Positions 7,023 through 12,445 of a stretch of 12,445 nt of DNA are shown here, in pieces. Under the pieces are notes generated by a model that ran no database searches, was not told where the DNA came from, and saw only the letters and a list, made by a program, of their open reading frames with translations. Made by a program: the position numbers and the translations under genes. The stretch covers positions 1-12,445 of the forward strand of contig JBKBOT010000005.1 of NCBI GenBank assembly GCA_046293555.1, written 5' to 3'. This DNA is from Pyrobaculum sp. Its GTDB lineage: Archaea > Thermoproteota > Thermoprotei > Thermoproteales > Thermoproteaceae. Position 1 is the first letter of the stretch, and every line of letters starts with the position of its first letter.

Positions 7023-8396
7023 GTGGAAAACACCTCTGAGGAGCCGCCAGATAGGCGGCTAAAAAGAGTCTTGGGAGTTTTTGACACATATGCGTTAGTT
7101 CATGCAGACGTACAGAGCACGTTTTACTTCTTGGCAGGCTTCATCGCGCTGGCGGCTGGGGGATTTGCGTTCCTAAGTACCATATATGGCGTCTTGTTGT
7201 TAGCAGCCATAGCGCTGATTTATGGAGAGATGGCCGCACGATTCCCAAAAGCGGGGGGCTCTTATATTTACGTCACATATGCCTTCGGCGGGGCGGCTGG
7301 ATATCTCGCCGCCTGGCTATTAGCGCTTGACCAAGCCATCATGATTGGCTACGGCGTGATTGACGCGGCTAAGATCTTCAACAAGGTGTCTGGACTCTCA
7401 GAGGTGGGGCTCGCCGTTGTTTTCTCAACGGCGATTTTCGTCCTCACGCTACTTGGCGTCAAGAAGTCTGCAAACGTGGCAAAGACCTTTGCCGCCATGG
7501 ACTTAGCCCTCGTGGCGACATTGATCGCAACCGCGCTGGCTTTACACCCGGCGTCCCCGCCGTTCTTCAAGTGGGGCGGCATAGAGGGGGTCAACTTGCT
7601 GCTAGCCTTCTCCCTCCTATCTAGGGGGTTTACCGGCATAGACGCGGTGGGCCAGCTGGCTGGGGAGGTAAAAAAGCCCCGCGTCTATATACGTAGGGCC
7701 ATGTGGACACTTGTGGCTATAGGCGCCATCCAGGGCCTCGGACTTATGGCTGCAATAACCTCAGCCCTCACCCCGACAGAGCTTAAAGACCCCGCGATAG
7801 CCCCTCTGTACCTGGCGGAAAAGATACACCCAGCTGTGTTTTACCTCATGGCTTTTAACATCTTCGCCGTTATGTTAATGGCGGCGTTGACTGGATATCT
7901 GGCCTTCTCCCGCCTTCTATATAGATTTGCGGAATCCGGCCTCCTGCCGGAAGCCTTTTCTAGGCTTCATAACAGGTTCAAGACGCCATATATACCGCTG
8001 GCGCTAGCCTACCTAATATCGCTGACGCTAGTGTACATAGGGGAAGTCGAGGTGATCCTGGCCATATATGCCATAGGGTCGTTAATAAATTACCTCGTGG
8101 TGTCTCTAGCGTTGGCCAAAATGTCGAGGAGAGGTCTCAACACCTTCGCCGTTGGGGGATTTGTATGGGTTGCCGTCTTCCTAATCCCTCTAGGCATAGC
8201 GCTGGCGCTATTAGAAAAGTATAGATACATATGGGTCCTCGCCGTCTGGATGGCTATAGGCGCCGTCTTGTATAAACGGAGGTATGTCGTAGCCCTGTAT
8301 AGAAACCTAATAGATGTAAGCATGACGTCAATAAGGGCGATGCTAATTGCGGCTAGAAAAGAGCTTTTCTATCTGCAAAGAGGAAGGCGGCTATAG
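7023..8396 (+). CDS. APC family amino acid permease
   Basis: About 12 hydrophobic segments; LKRVLG, YGEMAARFPKAGGSYIY, FTGID..QLAGEVKKP, SRLLY....GLLP..F..LH.RFKTP. The ORF track's TTG at 7005 abuts the TATA box, so GTG 7023 is preferred. Confidence 0.9.
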   Translation: MENTSEEPPDRRLKRVLGVFDTYALVHADVQSTFYFLAGFIALAAGGFAFLSTIYGVLLLAAIALIYGEMAARFPKAGGSYIYVTYAFGGAAGYLAAWLLALDQAIMIGYGVIDAAKIFNKVSGLSEVGLAVVFSTAIFVLTLLGVKKSANVAKTFAAMDLALVATLIATALALHPASPPFFKWGGIEGVNLLLAFSLLSRGFTGIDAVGQLAGEVKKPRVYIRRAMWTLVAIGAIQGLGLMAAITSALTPTELKDPAIAPLYLAEKIHPAVFYLMAFNIFAVMLMAALTGYLAFSRLLYRFAESGLLPEAFSRLHNRFKTPYIPLALAYLISLTLVYIGEVEVILAIYAIGSLINYLVVSLALAKMSRRGLNTFAVGGFVWVAVFLIPLGIALALLEKYRYIWVLAVWMAIGAVLYKRRYVVALYRNLIDVSMTSIRAMLIAARKELFYLQRGRRL

Positions 8397-8865
8397 TCTT
8401 GCCGTCTTTTATCGCACCTTTGTCTATCAGCTCTAAGACCTCCCTAGGGCTTAGGAGGGCCAACTCCATGTCTTCCTCTCCGGGATCTCTCTCGCCGACC
8501 CCCACGTGTTCTAGCTGGTTTGTGAAATATATCCTTACAAGCTCGTTGCTAACCCCGGGCGCGGGGTATATGTCAAGCATGTGGCTGAGCTGTAGCGGCT
8601 TATAGCCTGTCTCCTCTACCATCTCCCTCACGGCGGCCTCCTGTGGGTCTTCCCCAGCCTCCAGCGTGCCTGCCGGCATTTCTAAAGTCCACTGGCCTAG
8701 AGCTGGCCTAAACTGTTTTACCAAAATCGCCCTGTCGCCCAGTAGGGCCAATATCGCCACGGCGCCGGGGTGGACCAGGTATTCCCCCCAGACCGATCTG
8801 TCTCCCACACGGCGGGCTCTTTTGACAAGAGTAAACTTCCTCCCCCTGTAGATTATCTCATCCAC
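8353..8865 (-). CDS. Nudix hydrolase, ADP-ribose pyrophosphatase-like
   Basis: Nudix box GTLEAGEDPQEAAVREMVEETGY; HPGAV, KQFRP, downstream YPAPG and IKDGKT as in NudF-type enzymes. Confidence 0.9.
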   Translation of the reverse strand: MDEIIYRGRKFTLVKRARRVGDRSVWGEYLVHPGAVAILALLGDRAILVKQFRPALGQWTLEMPAGTLEAGEDPQEAAVREMVEETGYKPLQLSHMLDIYPAPGVSNELVRIYFTNQLEHVGVGERDPGEEDMELALLSPREVLELIDKGAIKDGKTIAAFLFADRKALF

Positions 8866-8932
8866 GGGCCCCTATTTATGCCATAGATAAAGATTTCTGA
8901 GAAGAGATATATCTCTATGTCGGCTTTCATCT
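8866..8932. promoter_or_regulatory. Divergent promoter region Nudix / SDR
   Basis: Minus-strand TTTATCT (8891-8885) upstream of GTG 8865. Plus-strand GATATAT (8906-8912) 27 nt upstream of ATG 8933, inside a 14-bp palindrome. Confidence 0.6.
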
Positions 8933-9628
8933 ATGCGGCTTGTGGGAAAAAACGTCGTAGTTGTAGGCGTCGGCCCCGGCTTGGGCTCCGCCGTGGTTTA
9001 CCTCCTGCTTAAAGAGGGGGCCTCTGTATACGCCTTCGCGCGAACTGTGGAGTTTCTCAGACAGCTCGAGGCCGAGTATTCAAGATATGGCTTTGTCAAG
9101 ACGGGGGCTAGGGACTTCTCCAAGCTACAGGAGACCCCCACGGAGGTGGACGGCGTGGTACACGGCTTGGTGGTAACCGCGGGGGGCTACGTCAGCGGCA
9201 GTATCGACGAGCTTAGAGAGGGGGAGCTAGAAGACATGTTGTCTCGTAACCTCAGGGCCCATCTCTATGCGGTGAAGGCCTTCCTCCCGTTGATGCGACA
9301 AGGCTCCTCCATAGTGCTCACCTCGTCTATAGGTGGGACGTATGCAGTCTGGCCTAGACACGTGGCTTATGTGGCCTCTAAGGCTGCCCTAGCCAAAGCC
9401 GTAGAGGCGCTGGCTGCAGAGCTGTTAGATAGGGGCATTAGGGTAAACGCCGTGGCGCCAGGCGGGATGACTAGAGACCTCAAGCCCGGGCGTGGATACA
9501 GCTTGGGTGACCCCCAGGCCCCGCCAGAAGAGGTGGCCAAGGTGGTTGTCTGGCTCCTAACTGAGGAGGCGAGTTGGGTGACGGGGGCAGTGATCCCAGT
9601 AGACGGGGGGAGGAGGTTTAAAAAGTAG
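8933..9628 (+). CDS. Short-chain dehydrogenase/reductase (classical SDR)
   Basis: GVGPGLG nucleotide-binding motif, catalytic Ser (TSS), YVASK (YxxxK), IRVNAVAPG, VTGAVIPVDGG. Confidence 0.92.
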   Translation: MRLVGKNVVVVGVGPGLGSAVVYLLLKEGASVYAFARTVEFLRQLEAEYSRYGFVKTGARDFSKLQETPTEVDGVVHGLVVTAGGYVSGSIDELREGELEDMLSRNLRAHLYAVKAFLPLMRQGSSIVLTSSIGGTYAVWPRHVAYVASKAALAKAVEALAAELLDRGIRVNAVAPGGMTRDLKPGRGYSLGDPQAPPEEVAKVVVWLLTEEASWVTGAVIPVDGGRRFKK

Positions 9629-9643
9629 GGCTTTTCCCCGCCC

Positions 9644-10597
9644 GTGGCTCTCCCCACGCTTGGGCCAATCGGCGTGGTGCCCGGCATTGTTTTAACTATC
9701 TTGTCTGGACTTCTGATCGAACAGCTGGTTCATTACATCTCGTGGCGCTACCAGAGGGCAGCTGTGGGGGTGGCCGCCATCTTCGCGCCGATAATAACGT
9801 CAAGCCCCGAGCTAGCTATATTCATCCTGGCGTTGTACTACGGCCATGTGGAAATCGCGTGGGGCTCTATCGTGGCGCAGCCCTTCATGGCCTCCACGGT
9901 GATATACCCCGTGGTGGTAATAACGGCGTTAGCCGCATGGGCGTTAGGAATGAGGCGGTATAGACTGCCCCACGTCCACAGGATTGTAGCTGTGCCCCTC
10001 CTGGTTTTCACCATCCCCCTTCTTCCCATCCTTTTTCTACACCCGGAGAGATATGGCATATACGGCCAGCTGTATGGACTGGGGCTTCTAGCTGTCTACT
10101 TCCTATATGCGAAATTCATGTTGAGAGAGGAGGAGGTAAAAAAAGCCGCCGCGCGGCTGTGGCTTAAACATCCAGCCCTACAGACTGTAGCAGCCATGGC
10201 CACTATATACCTCGGGGCTGAGTGGATTGTAGATGGGATAAAGGAGCTGGGAGCTGCCTTTGGGCTAGACAAGTTGGCCCTATCGGTAGTGCTCGTGCCT
10301 ATTGCCACCGTCGTGCCTGAATCCATCGTGGGCCTTATCTTTATAGCCAGGGGGAAAGACGACGAGGGCGTAGGCGTTATCGTGGGGGAGAAGGCTCTTT
10401 ATAGCACCTTCTACCCCGGCCTCGCCATGGCTCTGGGGGTATACAGCCTAGAGCCTGCGGCAGCCACGGCGTTAACTATAGCCATAGTGGTATCTCTACT
10501 AGAGGCCACGGCGGTTTGGTTTGGCTACTTTGGCCTCACGGCGCCCATAGGGCTGGCGGGCTATCTTTACTACCTACATAACGTCTTGGGGCTCTAA
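9644..10597 (+). CDS. CaCA (Na+/Ca2+ exchanger-like) membrane protein
   Basis: About 10 TM segments in two halves with alpha-repeat-like TSSPE and TVVPE motifs. TTTAAAAA (9617-9624) lies 27 nt upstream of the GTG. Confidence 0.75.
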   Translation: MALPTLGPIGVVPGIVLTILSGLLIEQLVHYISWRYQRAAVGVAAIFAPIITSSPELAIFILALYYGHVEIAWGSIVAQPFMASTVIYPVVVITALAAWALGMRRYRLPHVHRIVAVPLLVFTIPLLPILFLHPERYGIYGQLYGLGLLAVYFLYAKFMLREEEVKKAAARLWLKHPALQTVAAMATIYLGAEWIVDGIKELGAAFGLDKLALSVVLVPIATVVPESIVGLIFIARGKDDEGVGVIVGEKALYSTFYPGLAMALGVYSLEPAAATALTIAIVVSLLEATAVWFGYFGLTAPIGLAGYLYYLHNVLGL

Positions 10598-10625
10598 GTT
10601 TTAAAACCAGTCTTTTTATCCCTAT

Positions 10626-10877
10626 ATGCATAAAGACAAGTCGGTGGGCATTGGGCTTATGGCTGTAGGCATTGTGGGGATTCTGCTATACGGCTGGCTG
10701 TTATTCTTCTCGCCTTGGAGCCAGCTGGTTTTACAGTTGACAGCCTTTCTGGCCGTTGGGGGCGTTTTAGCCATATTGGCCTGGGTGGGCTACGCCCTAG
10801 CCACCACTCCGCCTCCAAAACCCATAGAGGAGATCGAGAGAGAGGTACAAAAGGCCCTAGAGGAAAGCCGGCAGTAA
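10626..10877 (+). CDS. Small 2-TM membrane protein with TTPPPKPIEEIE cytoplasmic tail, function unknown
   Basis: 83 aa, two hydrophobic helices plus a charged helical tail. Own TATA TTTTAAAA (10599-10606) 27 nt upstream of the ATG. Confidence 0.8.
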   Translation: MHKDKSVGIGLMAVGIVGILLYGWLLFFSPWSQLVLQLTAFLAVGGVLAILAWVGYALATTPPPKPIEEIEREVQKALEESRQ

Positions 10878-10879
10878 CG

Positions 10880-11776
10880 TCAAGATTTCTCTTTTTGTGT
10901 AGAGGGCTCCACGTGTACTGTCACCTCGCCGCCTAGTTCTCTTTTTAACACGTCTTCCACCCTGTCTGCAATCTCGTGTGCCTCTCTGACGGTAAGGTTT
11001 TCGTCTATGGCTATCACCACCTCTGCGTGATATATACTACCCGCCTTACGTATTTTTATAGATTTTACAGAATCTACCCCACCTATCTGCGACACCTTAG
11101 ATAACGCCCTTTTGGCCACCTCAGGGGGGGCGTAGTCCATTAGCTCCATCACGGTAGTTCTCAACAGCCTTAAGCTTAACGTCACGAAATATGTGGCTAT
11201 AACTGCCGCCAGCATTATGTCTACCAGAGGGCCCCACTGTGTGAAGAGCTGTGGCATATACTCCATGGCCACGTAGCCAAACACAAGAAATGTGAGTAGA
11301 GCCGACGTGGAGGCTAGATCTGTGGCGAAGTGGAGGGCATCTGCCTCCAGCGCTCTTGACACTCCTCTAAAACGCCTCAAGACAGTCACGCGGTTGTAGT
11401 CTATAAGGATCGCCGACGCCAGTATTGCCATAGAGAGGGGGGTGGGGACATAGGGCTCCCAGCTAATAGCCTTTTTAACTGCCTCATATGCCACAAAAAA
11501 GACCGAAGCTATGACGGCTAGCGACCCGCCGACGCCGCCAAGAGTCTCTGCCTTGTGGTGACCATATGGGTGTTCTAAATCTGGGGGCTTTAGGCTTACT
11601 CTCACCGCGATATAGGTGATAGCCACTGCCAGGAGGTCTACCGCAGAGTGTAACGCATCGGCCAGTACCGCCACAGACAGGCTCTGCGTCCACGCCAACG
11701 TTTTTAAGACGGCCACTAGGATGCCTGCAAGGAGGGATATAAAGGCGGCTCTCAGCTTATCCACGTCTCTCCACAC
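10880..11776 (-). CDS. Cation diffusion facilitator (CDF, FieF/CzcD-like) metal transporter
   Basis: ADALHSAVD (TM2), HPYGHHKAE, ADALHFATD (TM5), C-terminal dimerisation domain AHEIADRVE...VHVEP. The start may be GTG 11764. Confidence 0.92.
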   Translation of the reverse strand: MWRDVDKLRAAFISLLAGILVAVLKTLAWTQSLSVAVLADALHSAVDLLAVAITYIAVRVSLKPPDLEHPYGHHKAETLGGVGGSLAVIASVFFVAYEAVKKAISWEPYVPTPLSMAILASAILIDYNRVTVLRRFRGVSRALEADALHFATDLASTSALLTFLVFGYVAMEYMPQLFTQWGPLVDIMLAAVIATYFVTLSLRLLRTTVMELMDYAPPEVAKRALSKVSQIGGVDSVKSIKIRKAGSIYHAEVVIAIDENLTVREAHEIADRVEDVLKRELGGEVTVHVEPSTQKEKS

Positions 11777-12445
11777 ACCTGTCGGCAGCTCGTTTGAACT
11801 CCTTAACGGCCGCCGGGTTTTTCATAAGGGTGGTGCCAATTAACACCCCTTTGGCGTATAGCTCACACGCCTTCTCTACCTCCTCAACTCTAGACACGCC
11901 GCTCTCGATTATGAAATCCACGTCTCCCCGTAGCGCCTTGGCGATCTCAAAGGCTCTGGCTAGACTTACTTCAAGCGTCTTTAAATCCCGGGCGTTTATA
12001 CCCAACATATCCCCCCAGCTGGCGGCCTCTCGCGCGTCCTGAATGTTGTCCACCTCTACAATTGGCGTTATGCCCAGCCTTGAGGCATATTCGGCAAGCT
12101 CCATCGCCTTTTCTCTCCCCACAAGCCTATATATAATCAACACGGCGTCTGCCCCATAGCCAAAAGCCATATCTATCTGCCTCTTGTCAATTATAAAGTC
12201 TTTCATTAATACAGGCCTATAGGCTTTAGCCATGGGGATAAAACGGTAGTCTCCTAAAAACCAGATGGGCTCTGTCAACACAGAGAAGGCGGCGGCGTGG
12301 GGGTAAAGCTCCGAGAAGTAAACCCATGGCGGCAGATCTAGCCTAATTACGCCACGTGGAGAGGCCCTCTTATATTCCGCAATAATTCCAAACTCTCCTA
12401 ACGACTTGGCGAAATTTACAACTGGCGTCGTTCTCGCCGGAGGCA
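11757..12445 (-). CDS. trpC: Indole-3-glycerol phosphate synthase (5' end beyond right edge)
   Basis: The frame is open upstream of the ORF-track start, with the first full codon at 12443: PPARTTPVVNFAKSLGEFGIIAEYKRASPRG...FSVLTEP..F.G...PVLMKDFI...GADAVLII...GINARDL...IIESG...LIGTTLM. Confidence 0.95.
   Translation of the reverse strand, partial: PPARTTPVVNFAKSLGEFGIIAEYKRASPRGVIRLDLPPWVYFSELYPHAAAFSVLTEPIWFLGDYRFIPMAKAYRPVLMKDFIIDKRQIDMAFGYGADAVLIIYRLVGREKAMELAEYASRLGITPIVEVDNIQDAREAASWGDMLGINARDLKTLEVSLARAFEIAKALRGDVDFIIESGVSRVEEVEKACELYAKGVLIGTTLMKNPAAVKEFKRAADRCVERRG

Noticed and set aside
8280-8396. Extended APC permease C-terminus as a possible frameshift or truncated domain
   Set aside because: The frame is intact, and convergent overlaps are common in this window. 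It cannot be judged without orthologs.
2480-8865. TusA or the Nudix enzyme as part of a thiamin pathway with thiDN
   Set aside because: They are separate transcription units. The tusA promoter resembles that of dsrA, and the Nudix protein looks like a generic ADP-ribose pyrophosphatase.
1-12445. C/D-box sRNAs, tRNAs, CRISPR arrays, IS elements
   Set aside because: By eye I found no canonical RTGATGA/CTGA pair, cloverleaf, repeat-spacer array or transposase. Degenerate sRNAs cannot be excluded without snoscan or Infernal.

Overview
Gene-dense archaeal chromosomal segment, most consistent with a Pyrobaculum/Thermoproteales hyperthermophile (archaeal-type dsrA, ThiDN fusion, leaderless genes with TATA boxes about 26-27 nt upstream, overlapping convergent 3' ends; taxonomy is inference). 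The left 2.7 kb is a sulfur/siroheme module. It holds the 5' part of dsrA (missed by the ORF track), a divergent hemD, and a translationally coupled tusA - minimal DsrE/F-like - second hemD-like operon. The dsrA and tusA promoters share a position-conserved motif series, suggesting a co-regulated unit, and this is the most interesting signal. The rest is a DUF1152 gene, thiDN with the thiamin-linked COG0212 5-FCL paralog, several transporters (DUF1646, APC, CaCA-like, CDF), a Nudix hydrolase, an SDR, a small 2-TM protein and a 5'-truncated trpC. I saw no tRNA, rRNA, CRISPR array or mobile element. All family calls are motif recognition by eye, not database searches.
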